The position numbers were made by a program, and so were the translations under genes. A stretch of DNA of 63,971 bases, counting the filler, from Acidimicrobiia bacterium (lineage in GTDB: Bacteria; Actinomycetota; Acidimicrobiia; Spongiisociales; CAZKJJ01), in assembly GCA_046759765.1 (NCBI GenBank). It is 4 parts of 4 records of this genome, joined end to end, with 100 filler letters (N's around TTAATTAATTAA, not from the genome) between each part and the next. Parts side by side here need not be neighbours in the genome. Positions count along the whole stretch, not along the records: positions 36,727 to 54,663 come from JBHICV010000038.1; 3 more parts are not named here. One strand, given 5' to 3'. The notes under the pieces are model-generated. The model made no database searches, was not told the DNA's origin, and was given only the letters and a program-made list of their open reading frames with translations. Of the stretch, positions 39,723 to 52,635 are shown in pieces; position 1 is the stretch's first letter; each line of letters opens with the position of its first letter.

Positions 39723-40351
39723 TGAGCGGACTCGCGTTCGATCACGTGATGCTGGCGGCACGCGATATCGATGTTGCGGCAGGCCGGCTGTGGACGGAGC
39801 ACGGACTGGCTTCCGTCATCGGCGGGCGCCATCCAGGACATGGAACCGGAAACCGAATCGTGCCGCTCGGGGATAGCTACCTGGAGATCATCGGAATCGT
39901 CGACCGCGAAGAGGCGGCGGTTAGCGCGCTGGGTGGCTGGATCCAGCACCACACACGGGAGGGAGATCGATTGCTGGGTCTGTGCCTGCGGGCCTACGAC
40001 CTTGCGGTGGTGGCCGCCCGGTTAGATCTCAGTCCGGTGAGCATGAACCGAAGAAGAGGTGACGGCGCGGTCCTGTCCTGGTCACTCGTGGGCCTCGACG
40101 AGACTCTGGCCGACCCGGGCCGGCCGTTCTTCATCCAGTGGGACAGCCGGGAGCTTCATCCCGGGCGCGAAGCGGCTTCTCACCGGGTCGAGCCCGCGGG
40201 TATGGCGTGGGTCGAGACCGGTGCGGACGAAGCCGAGCTGCGGCGATGGGTGGGCGACGACTCGCTCGATCTAAGAGCCGTCGAGGGTCCACGAGGCGTA
40301 GCGGCAGTGGGCATCGGGACCGCGCACGGCGTGCTCGAGCTCCGGAACTGA
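39722..40351 (+). CDS. VOC/glyoxalase-like protein
   Basis: FDHV, GGRHPGHGTGNRIVPLG.YLEII and PFFIQW. Confidence 0.8.
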   Translation: MSGLAFDHVMLAARDIDVAAGRLWTEHGLASVIGGRHPGHGTGNRIVPLGDSYLEIIGIVDREEAAVSALGGWIQHHTREGDRLLGLCLRAYDLAVVAARLDLSPVSMNRRRGDGAVLSWSLVGLDETLADPGRPFFIQWDSRELHPGREAASHRVEPAGMAWVETGADEAELRRWVGDDSLDLRAVEGPRGVAAVGIGTAHGVLELRN

Positions 40352-40363
40352 CCCGACAAACAG

Positions 40364-40450
40364 TGCCCGGGGTGGGATTCGAACCCACATGCCCCTAAAG
40401 GGGCGGCGGATTTTAAGTCCGCTCCGGATTCCCAATTTCGGCACCCGGGC
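40364..40450 (-). tRNA. tRNA-Leu(TAA)
   Basis: Acceptor GCCCGGG/CCCGGGC, anticodon arm GCGGA-CTTAAAA-TCCGC, long variable arm GCCCC-TTTA-GGGGC, T arm GTGGG-TTCGAAT-CCCAC. Confidence 0.92.
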
Positions 40451-41105
40451 TGCTCCGCCCAATGTTACGGCCCCTGTACGTAGGGGTGAGAGCGTGGCAA
40501 TTGGGGCACAGCAGCCGCAGGTTCTGTAGACGATTGTCCGTTCGGTCGCCACTGATGTGGTCGAGCTCTAACGGAATCGGCTGACCCAGCCAGGTGGTCA
40601 AATGGCACTCTTCGCAATCACGCTTCTTTACTCCCCATTGAATGAGCCTCTCGCGCAGCTTCGGAGTGTCGGTGAGCTTTCCCTTGACGAAGTAATGGTC
40701 CAAGGGTTTGCGAAGCTGAGGAGCCGGGCGGCCTTTGCTCCAAGCTGATCCGCTCATATGTGACGTATCGAGATCCAGCCTGAGTATCGCTCTGTTAAGG
40801 AACCTATAGCCCGATGTACTGGGCTTGCGTCCTAGTCTTCGCATCGCCTGAGCGAGACTTGTAGATGTGACCACAGCATCTTCGATCGCCTCGTCATCGA
40901 AGCCCCAGTTCGGCGTTCGGCGTGCCCGTATCCCAGCCTCGAGGTGTTGGGCCTCGATGTCCCACTGGGCGAACCTGCGACGGATCGACTCGTAGTTTCC
41001 TCCGCGCGGGACTAAGCCGACCTTGGTCAACACCTCGGCAATCGTGACCGATGTGCGGACCGCTTCCGCCAATTCGTCGCGCGTGTAGCGAGGCTGAATG
41101 CCCAC
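40413..41105 (-). CDS. Free-standing HNH endonuclease with two N-terminal helical repeats
   Basis: CEEC...LELDHISGDRTDNRLQNLRLLCPNCH. Confidence 0.88.
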   Translation of the reverse strand: MGIQPRYTRDELAEAVRTSVTIAEVLTKVGLVPRGGNYESIRRRFAQWDIEAQHLEAGIRARRTPNWGFDDEAIEDAVVTSTSLAQAMRRLGRKPSTSGYRFLNRAILRLDLDTSHMSGSAWSKGRPAPQLRKPLDHYFVKGKLTDTPKLRERLIQWGVKKRDCEECHLTTWLGQPIPLELDHISGDRTDNRLQNLRLLCPNCHALTPTYRGRNIGRSSPGAEIGNPERT

Positions 41106-41132
41106 GGTTTCCCCCTATATGCCCCCAGAGAC

Positions 41133-41154
41133 AAGGTATATGGAGGGTGTGACA
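41133..41154 (-). promoter_or_regulatory. RecA-ND/PafBC-like promoter upstream of the HNH gene
   Basis: TGTCAC-N10-TACCTT. Confidence 0.5.
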
Positions 41155-41166
41155 CCAACGGCCTGG

Positions 41167-42066
41167 TCAGCGGCCGAGCAACTCCCCCACGATGCCGTGC
41201 AGCAGGTCCTGCTCCGAGATATGGACCTCATCGAGGTCGAGCGCCAACAACGACGACACCGCCACGACCGCACCCCCGAGGATCACCGGCGCCCGCGCCG
41301 GATCCAGAGAAGGGATTGCCTCCGACTCGGCGACCGTCATTCCCGCCAGGAAGTCGACCAGGCTGAGCAAATCGGGGTAGCTCAGCGCGGACCCGTGGAT
41401 CGCGGCGCGGTCGTATACCTCCAAATCGAGGTTGATCCCAGCCAGGCTCGTGAACGTGCCCGCCACTCCGATGGCCGCGGCGGGAGGCTCGGGAAGGACC
41501 AGCTCCGACAGCAGCTCATCTACATGGGCGCGAGCTTCGGCTACCTGCTCCGGCTTGGCCGGCCGGTCCGGGATGATCCTCTCAGTGAGCCGGACCGAGC
41601 CGATGTCGATGCTTTTCGTGTAGGTGGGCGTGTCGTGCCCGAGCACGAACTCCGTGCTGCCGCCTCCGACATCGATCACCAGCGCAGGCTTCTCATCCGT
41701 TACCCGGGTCGCCCCCGCAAAGGCGAGGCGCGCCTCCTCCTCACCCGAGATCAGCTCAGGCGAAACACCTAGAACCTCGTCGACCGCATCGAAGAACTCG
41801 TCCCGATTGGCTGCGTCACGAGCGGCTGAGGTGGCCACCGCCCGGACCGCGTCCACCTCCTCGCTATATAGCTCGCTGCCGTACTCCGCCAGAACACTGA
41901 GCGAGCGGGCCATGGCCTCCGGATCGAGCTCACCGGTCGAGTCCACCCCCTGTCCAAGCCTCGTCACGACTGTTTGCCGCCCGATCTCGTGGAGACCATC
42001 CTCGCTCGACTCGGCGATCAGCAGCCTCATCGAGTTGGTACCGATGTCGATGGCGGCCGCTTTCAC
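41167..42066 (-). CDS. ppx: Ppx/GppA phosphatase
   Basis: IDIGTNS, ISGEEEA and DVGGGSTE. Confidence 0.92.
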   Translation of the reverse strand: MKAAAIDIGTNSMRLLIAESSEDGLHEIGRQTVVTRLGQGVDSTGELDPEAMARSLSVLAEYGSELYSEEVDAVRAVATSAARDAANRDEFFDAVDEVLGVSPELISGEEEARLAFAGATRVTDEKPALVIDVGGGSTEFVLGHDTPTYTKSIDIGSVRLTERIIPDRPAKPEQVAEARAHVDELLSELVLPEPPAAAIGVAGTFTSLAGINLDLEVYDRAAIHGSALSYPDLLSLVDFLAGMTVAESEAIPSLDPARAPVILGGAVVAVSSLLALDLDEVHISEQDLLHGIVGELLGR

Positions 42067-42586
42067 GCTGGTTCCTGCCACTCAGGATTGTTCACGACGC
42101 TCCCTTCGTCGTCGATCACACAAGGCATGGCGCAGTCGAGCGGCCCCACCCATGGTGCTACCAGCTCCCCGACCGGATTGTCGTTCCCTGCGAGCGTATC
42201 TGCCAGATGAGCGTGAAGGCACTTGATACCCGGTCCTTCCGTGCCTCCGACCCCGCCTGTCGGCCGATACTCTGCCTCGGGCGGGACTAGCTCATCCCGC
42301 TCCTGTGCGTAACGCCGATGCCTTTCCTCCACCCAGCTTTCGAACATCGGATCGCCGGCGACGCGACGATCCATCGCCTTGATACCGCCTGCACCTTCGA
42401 GTCGCCCCACCCTCCTTCGCGCGAGAGGGCACGTCAGCCAGTAGAGGGTCGGAAAGGGCGTTCCATCATCGAGAATCGGGGGAACGGAAACCACGACCGG
42501 CAGGCCCAGGTGACACCGGGCCTCGACGCGGCTTGTAGCTCGGAGCGGACGGCCGAGCTGAACCTCGACCACCGATCCGTCATCCA

Positions 42587-42587
<1 letters not shown>
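42063..42587 (-). CDS. DUF501 protein
   Basis: GTPFPTLYWLTCP and KCLHAH; usual position after divIC. Confidence 0.9.
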
Positions 42588-45718
<3,131 letters not shown>

Positions 45719-45722
<4 letters not shown>

Positions 45723-46693
45723 CCTGTTGGTGGCGCAACCCCCGGGACGGGTACCAGCGTCCAGGTCCCGAACTCGGGTGCCACAGACACCTCGGCCGAC
45801 CCGACGAGCCTCTGGAGCCACCCGCTAAAGAGCAGAGATGCCTCTGTAAACCGCCCGGCCTCGATCAGAGGAGTTGCTTCCTCGAGGGTGGGGACGAAAC
45901 TCGAGGACACTACGAATACGTGGAATCCGCCCTGAGCCTCGATCGGCCCGGTGGGTTCGCCGACGGGAGCACTCAGCAGCGCCTCTGCCAATTCCTCTGG
46001 AAAGGCCACCGGGGAGACGCACCCGAGGTCACCGCCGGCCTCGGCTTCCTCCGACTGGACCGAAACCTCCGCCGCGACGGCAGCGAAGTCCTCCCCGGCC
46101 GAGATCCGGTCGAGCGCCGCAATCGCATCCGCTCGGGTTTCGAGGATGATCCGCGAGAGGCAGATCTGAGTGAGGGAGGGGAGCTGGATATCGTATTGCC
46201 TCTGCAGCTCTTCCTCGGTCAGCGGTTCCAATTCGTCGTCGGCCAATGCGTTCCTCACCCGCTCCCAGACGAGGCTCTGGAAGGCGACCTCACGCACAGC
46301 ATCGTCGGTGCGGTTCTGTGTAACGAGGTAGGCCTCGTAGCCCCCTTGCTCTTCCTCGATGACTTGCCTGATCTCCTGGTAGGCCGCCTCCACGTCTGCC
46401 TCCTCTACGACGATGCCGAACTCGGCCGAGGCGGCCTGAACGACGATCTCTTGGATGATCACATCCCGTAGGAGACCGGTGAGCACCTCGGAAGGCACGG
46501 AATCGGGACGGAAGGGGTGCAACCGCTGCACACGGCTCATCGGGATCTCGACCCCGTTGACCGTGGCGGCCACGGTTTCCTCTTCGACCACCACCTCGGT
46601 AGTGGGCTCATCGATGACCGGGGTTGATGCCGGCGTATCCGTACAGGCGGCCAACAAGAGCAAAAAGACAGGAAGCAGAGCGAGCCTATGCAC
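45719..46693 (-). CDS. PrsA/SurA-like foldase lipoprotein
   Basis: LLAA-C lipobox, ATVNG, GEDFAAVA and GGDLG. Confidence 0.8.
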
Positions 46694-46734
46694 GGGATTC
46701 CTCTGGAAAGACGAAAATATCGTAGGCGGAGAGA

Positions 46735-49700
46735 CTATCTATGAGATGTCGGCCACATCTCCGAGATGAACTCGAGAAGATCTGACACCGGTCGGTCCGG
46801 AGAGGGCGCAGGTATGAACAGCGTTGCCTCACGGGGCCGGAGGATGGCTTTCGGAGAGATTCGCTCGAGCCGGACCTCCTGTGAGGCAGTCAGCTCGACA
46901 GGACGCAGCCGTACCTCGTCTCGGAGTGCCAGGATCTCGTTCAACCCGAGACGGATCGCTTCGACCCTCAGACGAGCTACGTCAAGCAAAAGCTCGGCTT
47001 CCGGGGGCAGTGGTCCGTACCGGTCCACCCACTCGTTGCCCACGTCCTCGACCTCACTGGGGAAGACCGCGGTAGCCAGCCTCCTGTAAGCCTCCAGGCG
47101 GGAGGTTTGCTCGGAGATGTACGACTCGGGAAGGTGGGCATCGACAGGAAGATCGATCCGCACTTCCGGTGTGTCGGCAATCGGCTCGCCCCTACCTTCT
47201 AACTGCTCAACTGCTTCCGCGACGAGGTCCACATAGAGATCGAAGCCGACTGCGGCAATGTGCCCGGATTGAACCTCACCGAGAATGCTCCCTGCTCCGC
47301 GAATCTCGAGGTCTTTGGTCGCCAGTTGGAAACCGGATCCGAGCTCGGTCGCCTCACCCACTGCTTCGAGCCGCTGAAACGCTTCCTCCGTGATCTTCTG
47401 AGACTCCGGATGAAAGAGATAGGCGTAGGCGCGCTCCGGCGATCGGCCGACTCTTCCCCGAAGTTGATAGAGCTGCGCCAGCCCGAGCAGGTCGGCCCGC
47501 TCGACTATGAGCGTGTTGACCTGAGGAAGATCGAGGCCGGACTCGATGATCGTGGTCGCCACGAGGACGTCGTATTCCCGGGCCCAGAAGTCGAGCATCA
47601 CCTGCTCGAGCTGTCCTTCGTTCATCTGCCCATGCGCGACCCCGTACCTCGCGTGTGGAACCAGCTCCTGAAGACGGGCAAGGGCAAGGTCGATGGATTG
47701 AACTCGATTGTGGACGTAGAAGACCTGCCCTTCGCGTAGTAGCTCTCTTCGTATCCCGGCCGAGACAGCCTGCTCGTTGTAGGCGCCGACATAGGTGAGG
47801 ATCGGATGCCGATCCTCGGGCGGAGTCCGGATATGGCTGACATCGCGAATGCCGACCAGGGCCATCTCCAGAGTTCTGGGTATCGGCGTGGCCGTAAGGG
47901 TTAGAACGTCGACACCGACCTTTAGCTGTTTCAGCCTGTCTTTAGCCCCGACGCCGAATCTCTGCTCCTCATCGACGATCAGGAGTCCCAACTCATTGAA
48001 CAGGACGTCTTCTGAGAGGAGGCGATGGGTCGCAATCACAACGTCGACAGTGCCCTTGGCGATGCCGCCGATCACCTCTCGCTGCTGAGCGCGTGTGAGG
48101 AACCGGCTCAGCATCTCCACTCTCACGGGCAGACCACTCAATCGATCGCCGAAGGTTTGGTGGTGCTGCTGCGCCAGCAGTGTCGTCGGCACCAGCACAG
48201 CGACCTGCTTTCCGTCCGCCACGGCTTTGAATGCCGCCCGGATGGCGACCTCGGTTTTCCCGAAGCCGACATCGCCGAAGATGAGCCGGTCCATCGGCTG
48301 TTCCGACTCCATGTCGGCCTTCACATCCGCCACGGCGTCGATCTGGTCGGCTGTTTCCTCATAGGGGAAGGAGGACTCGAGCTCCTGCTGCCACGGAGTG
48401 TCGGGGCCGTAGCCGTGGCCGGTCGCCCCAGCCCGGGCCCGGTGCAAGGCGACGACGTGCTCTGCTACCGAGGCAACGGCCTTCCTGACCCTTCCTCTCG
48501 TGGCGGACCAGTCGGCCCCTCCCATGCGCGACAGCCGCGGCGTCTCGCCACCTGTGTAGCGGCGAACAGCTGCCAGCTGGTCGGTGGGGACATACAGGCG
48601 ATCGCCTGCTGCGTAGGCGACGACTAGATAGTCACGTTCGACCTCCGCCACCGTCTGCGTCACTAGGCCTTCGAACCGACCGATGCCGTGGCGGTGATGA
48701 ACGACATAGTCTCCCACCGTCAAGTCCCTATAGGTCTCGGTGCGCTCGGCCCTGCGGCCGGAGACCCGATGCGACCGCCGCCGGCCCGCGATCTCCTGCT
48801 CTCCGAGTACTGCGACACTGAGGCTCGGCAGAACGAAGCCGCGGTGGATACCAACGGGCAGCACAGCAGTTTGGGTCAACTCGACACTTGACCGCCGGGG
48901 TAGATCCAGGCCCTCCTCCTTGAGTGCAACGGCCACACGGTCGGCAGCCGGCTCCCCGTCCATGGCTACCACGACGGTCACGTCTCGGTTGAGCCAGGCC
49001 GTGATCCCTCGTGCAACCGACGATGGATTGCCCGGCACGGCGTCGAGGCCCCGGACCTCGATCGCTGCCTCGTCGGGACCCGCCGCAACGGCTGAACACT
49101 CGAGCGCACCCTCCAGATCCGCCTCGAGGTAAAGGGCGGGGTGATCCCCCGGAGCACCCTCGCCCCATGTTGTGGCCAACGCGTTCGCCAGCGCCTGTTC
49201 CTCGTCCCTTAGCTCTTCGGTTCGCTGAGCGATGCGGCTCACATCAAATGCCACTGTCCACGCCCCGCCCGGACGCTCGGACCCCAATGTCCTCGGTGGC
49301 GCCAGCCACGGCAGCCAGGACTCCATCCCACCAAACAGCATCCCCTCCGCGAAGCGCTCCCAAGTGCTGGCAGCCCAGCTCTCGGCGGCCAACAGCTGCT
49401 CCGCCCTCGCCCTGACTTCATCGTCGGGTCGGAACTCACGCGCCGGGTACGCGACGAGTTTGTCCACCGGTTCTACCGAGCGTTGAGTGGCGGTTGAGAA
49501 TCGGCGAATCTCGGTGATCTCGTCACCCCAGAACTCGAGCCTTACCGCCAAGTCCTGATCAGCCGGCGCCAGATCGACTATCCCGCCTCGTACAGCAAAC
49601 TCGCCTCGGCCTTCGACGCGATGCGTGCGGTGATACCCGGCGCTTGCCAGAGCCTCGATCACCGAATCAAACGGGTGCTCCTCGCCGACGCGGGCGACGA

Positions 49701-50085
49701 TCGGGTCCACCGGAGAAGGGCTGAGACGCTGGGAGAGAGCTCGCGTGGAGGCCACGACGACCGTCCCGGCCCGGTCTTGCTGGAGAAGGTTCCTCGCCCT
49801 GGCCCTTCGGGCCATGGTGACGACGTTGGGCGACACGTGCTCGAACGGCAGCGTCTCCCAAGCGGGAAGCAACGCCGCGCGATCGCTGAATAGACATGCG
49901 TCTTCATACAGCTCCTCGGCGTCACGCTCGCTAGGTAGGACAACTAGGAGCGCTCCCGGAGCTCGCTCGGCCAGTCCGACCACAAAGAAGGCGCGCGCGG
50001 GCGCCGGGACGACCAGTCGCCCCGGGGGGTGTGGCAGCTCGACCGACTTCCATCGCGCTACCAGCGAGACCAGTGCCGGTGAAAT
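46735..50085 (-). CDS. mfd: Transcription-repair coupling factor; start uncertain
   Basis: VVHHRHGIG (RID), GDVGFGKTE, DEEQRFG and QLRGRVGR. The frame stays open upstream of GTG 49983 to about 50097. Confidence 0.95.
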   Translation of the reverse strand: MSPALVSLVARWKSVELPHPPGRLVVPAPARAFFVVGLAERAPGALLVVLPSERDAEELYEDACLFSDRAALLPAWETLPFEHVSPNVVTMARRARARNLLQQDRAGTVVVASTRALSQRLSPSPVDPIVARVGEEHPFDSVIEALASAGYHRTHRVEGRGEFAVRGGIVDLAPADQDLAVRLEFWGDEITEIRRFSTATQRSVEPVDKLVAYPAREFRPDDEVRARAEQLLAAESWAASTWERFAEGMLFGGMESWLPWLAPPRTLGSERPGGAWTVAFDVSRIAQRTEELRDEEQALANALATTWGEGAPGDHPALYLEADLEGALECSAVAAGPDEAAIEVRGLDAVPGNPSSVARGITAWLNRDVTVVVAMDGEPAADRVAVALKEEGLDLPRRSSVELTQTAVLPVGIHRGFVLPSLSVAVLGEQEIAGRRRSHRVSGRRAERTETYRDLTVGDYVVHHRHGIGRFEGLVTQTVAEVERDYLVVAYAAGDRLYVPTDQLAAVRRYTGGETPRLSRMGGADWSATRGRVRKAVASVAEHVVALHRARAGATGHGYGPDTPWQQELESSFPYEETADQIDAVADVKADMESEQPMDRLIFGDVGFGKTEVAIRAAFKAVADGKQVAVLVPTTLLAQQHHQTFGDRLSGLPVRVEMLSRFLTRAQQREVIGGIAKGTVDVVIATHRLLSEDVLFNELGLLIVDEEQRFGVGAKDRLKQLKVGVDVLTLTATPIPRTLEMALVGIRDVSHIRTPPEDRHPILTYVGAYNEQAVSAGIRRELLREGQVFYVHNRVQSIDLALARLQELVPHARYGVAHGQMNEGQLEQVMLDFWAREYDVLVATTIIESGLDLPQVNTLIVERADLLGLAQLYQLRGRVGRSPERAYAYLFHPESQKITEEAFQRLEAVGEATELGSGFQLATKDLEIRGAGSILGEVQSGHIAAVGFDLYVDLVAEAVEQLEGRGEPIADTPEVRIDLPVDAHLPESYISEQTSRLEAYRRLATAVFPSEVEDVGNEWVDRYGPLPPEAELLLDVARLRVEAIRLGLNEILALRDEVRLRPVELTASQEVRLERISPKAILRPREATLFIPAPSPDRPVSDLLEFISEMWPTSHR

Positions 50086-50147
50086 AGCTATCAGCTGTCA
50101 GCTATCAGCCGTCAGTTAAGCACTGTGGCCAGCGCTAGCTTGGTGCC

Positions 50148-50639
50148 GTGTTGTCCCTCATCCTCTTTCGACATGGGAAGTCCGACCGCGGAGCCGAATA
50201 CGGGTCCGATCACGAACGTCCTCTCGCCAAACGGGGCATCAAGGCATCGAAGGCAATGGGGAAATGGCTCGCCGATCGTGAGTTGGTGCCTGACCGAGCG
50301 GTGACTTCCTCGGCCTTGCGGGCCCGTCAATCGCTCGAGCTTGCGGCAGAAGCTGGTGGATGGGACTGTGAGATCGAAGCGACCGATGCCCTGTACGGGG
50401 TCTCGGCCCCGGACGTAATCAGGCTCGCGCGAAACGAGCCTTCGTCCACCTCACGTCTGCTCTTCACGGGCCACGAGCCGGCCTTTTCGTACGTAGCCTC
50501 CCTGCTGATCGGAGGAGGATCGATTCGCCTTCCGACGGCGGCCATGGCGGGCATCGAGTTTGATGATGCTTCTTGGTCCGACGTGGCTCCCGGGGGGGGC
50601 CGGCTCCTTTGGTTGCAGGTGCCTCGGATGCTCCCGTGA
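50148..50639 (+). CDS. SixA-like histidine phosphatase
   Basis: LFRHGKS, RPL and GHEP. Confidence 0.88.
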   Translation: MLSLILFRHGKSDRGAEYGSDHERPLAKRGIKASKAMGKWLADRELVPDRAVTSSALRARQSLELAAEAGGWDCEIEATDALYGVSAPDVIRLARNEPSSTSRLLFTGHEPAFSYVASLLIGGGSIRLPTAAMAGIEFDDASWSDVAPGGGRLLWLQVPRMLP

Positions 50640-50642
50640 GTC

Positions 50643-51200
50643 TCAGGCCTGCTGCGTATCAACAGAGCGGATGACGTCCCAGAAGCTCTTGGCGTATTGG
50701 TAGCCGGAGGCAATAGTCGCCGCCGCCGCGATCCACATGGCGTACTGATCGAGGTAGTAGGGACCCACCGTTTCCGAGAGTCGAAGTATGGCCAGAAAGA
50801 CAGCTAAGAACTGAAGCGCCGTCTTCCACTTGCCCCATGCAGAAGGTGGTACTACCTCGCCCCGAAGCGCCACGACCCCTCGGACCGCAGTGACCAGGAT
50901 CTCGCGGCTGATGATGATGAACGCCACCCAAACGGAGGCACGACCCACGGCGAGTAAGGCGAGCAGCGAGCCCGACACAAGAAGCTTGTCGGCGGTCGAA
51001 TCGATGAAGCCCCCGAGAATGGTGGTTATGTTCCACCTTCGCGCCAGTAGGCCGTCGAGAATGTCAGTCACAGCCGCTAGTGCGAAGAGCACCGCCGCCA
51101 GTCCCCAAGAGGCCTCGAAGCTGCCGTCGGCGAGGATCAACGCCATGATGAGCGGGATCACGGCGATCCTGGCGACACCGAGAGCGTCCGGTAGAGAGAT
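50643..51200 (-). CDS. pgsA: CDP-alcohol phosphatidyltransferase (PgsA-like); start uncertain
   Basis: TDILDGLLARR...G..IDSTADK and GKWKT. Confidence 0.82.
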   Translation of the reverse strand: MSLPDALGVARIAVIPLIMALILADGSFEASWGLAAVLFALAAVTDILDGLLARRWNITTILGGFIDSTADKLLVSGSLLALLAVGRASVWVAFIIISREILVTAVRGVVALRGEVVPPSAWGKWKTALQFLAVFLAILRLSETVGPYYLDQYAMWIAAAATIASGYQYAKSFWDVIRSVDTQQA

Positions 51201-51269
51201 CCTTCTGTCCTAGTGACGGAGACTCACAGAGTACTCGAGGGGACCTCCGACCAGCCTGACGTGGCTGGG

Positions 51270-51842
51270 TCAGCCGCGGCGCTCGCTGGCCATGCGTACC
51301 GCGGCTTCCCTGTCATCAACAAAACGCTCGATCACATCGACGCCATCCTGGACAAGAAAATCAGCCTCTTGTCGTTCGGATCTCATGAAAGGACGAAGTA
51401 CATGGTCGGCCGGATCCATATTTCCGGGAGGCCTCCCAACACCGATCCGCAGGCGGTGGAAGTCCTGGCTTCCTAGCGCTTCCACAACCGACTGAACTCC
51501 GTTGTGTCCTCCGCTGCCTCGACCGAACTGGAGACGAAGACGCGCGAACGCAAGGTCAATGTCGTCATGGCACACGAGAAGATCCTCGGGGGCAGCCTTG
51601 AAGTACCTGAGTAGGGGTGCCACAGCACGGCCCGAGAGGTTCATCGAGGACTTGGGAAGTCCAAGCACGATCTTGTGATGGCCGATCGAGAGGCTGGCGA
51701 TCTCATTGCGAACACGCCGCGGCCCCCGTTTGAACTTGATGGCGTGGCGTGACGCGAGTGCGCGAACAACCTCCGCTCCGATGTTGTGGCGGGTACCGAT
51801 GTACTGGCTCTCGGGGTTGCGAAGGCCAACGACCACCAGCAT
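51270..51842 (-). CDS. pth: Peptidyl-tRNA hydrolase
   Basis: TRHNIG, MNLSG, HDD, GGHNG and RLRIGVG. Confidence 0.95.
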   Translation of the reverse strand: MLVVVGLRNPESQYIGTRHNIGAEVVRALASRHAIKFKRGPRRVRNEIASLSIGHHKIVLGLPKSSMNLSGRAVAPLLRYFKAAPEDLLVCHDDIDLAFARLRLQFGRGSGGHNGVQSVVEALGSQDFHRLRIGVGRPPGNMDPADHVLRPFMRSERQEADFLVQDGVDVIERFVDDREAAVRMASERRG

Positions 51843-51854
51843 GAGGCCGTTTGC

Positions 51855-52538
51855 CTATTCGCTTTCTGCCTCGGCCTCGGGTTCCCCTTCGCCTTCGGGA
51901 GCAGCCTCTTCGCCCTCCTCGGCCTCTTCGAGCTCCTCGCCCTCGAGGAGCTCTTCTTCCTCCTCCTCGGCCGCGACCTCAGCCGCGGGGAGGGTTACGG
52001 TCACGATCAGCAAGTCTGCCTCGTCGAGGTATTCGACTCCCTCGATCGGCGGAAGATCCTCGACCCGTGCAACGTCGCCCAGTCCGAGCGCCGCGATGTC
52101 GAGCGGGATCGAGGTAGGAATGTCCGCGGGTAGAGCTTCGACCTGAACGGTGTTGTTGATGGTCTCCACGATGCCCCCATCGACAATCACGCCCTCAGGC
52201 GTGCCCGTGAGATCGATCAGAACCTCAGCCACCACCTTCTCAGTCAGCGATACCTTGATGAAATCCACGTGGTCGATCGTTCCCCGCCACGGGTGTCGTT
52301 TGATCTCGCGGGCAAGGGTCGTGTGGGTCTCACCTCCCTCGACCTCGAGGTTGATGATGGCGTTCACGCCCGCCTCGGTGTGCAGCGCTCCATAGAGATC
52401 GTGGGCGTCAACCGCGACCAGGACGGGATCGACGCCTTGCCCGTAGACGACTGCAGGCACTTTGCCGGCACGACGAAGCCGCCGCGAGGGGCGGCTACCG
52501 GTCTCCCGGCCCGTTTCGGCGCGCAGCGTGACTTCCAT
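51855..52538 (-). CDS. rplY: 50S ribosomal protein L25/CTC
   Basis: RRLRRAGKVPAVVYG, HVDF and an acidic tail. Confidence 0.95.
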   Translation of the reverse strand: MEVTLRAETGRETGSRPSRRLRRAGKVPAVVYGQGVDPVLVAVDAHDLYGALHTEAGVNAIINLEVEGGETHTTLAREIKRHPWRGTIDHVDFIKVSLTEKVVAEVLIDLTGTPEGVIVDGGIVETINNTVQVEALPADIPTSIPLDIAALGLGDVARVEDLPPIEGVEYLDEADLLIVTVTLPAAEVAAEEEEEELLEGEELEEAEEGEEAAPEGEGEPEAEAESE

Positions 52539-52585
52539 GGCCTCTCCAGGGGGTGCGAGGCCCCATTATGACCCGTAATCAAAGC

Positions 52586-52632
52586 TTCCTGTCAATCGGA
52601 GCCGCAGAAAGCGCGGCTGAGATTGACAGGAA
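52586..52632. repeat. 47-bp palindromic element
   Basis: TTCCTGTCAATC..AGCCGC-AGAAAGC-GCGGCT..GATTGACAGGAA. Confidence 0.8.
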
Positions 52633-52635
52633 CGC

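Noticed and set aside
40364..41105. Group I intron in tRNA-Leu(UAA) encoding the HNH
   Set aside because: The tRNA is contiguous with an intact anticodon loop; the HNH lies 5' of it and overlaps it.
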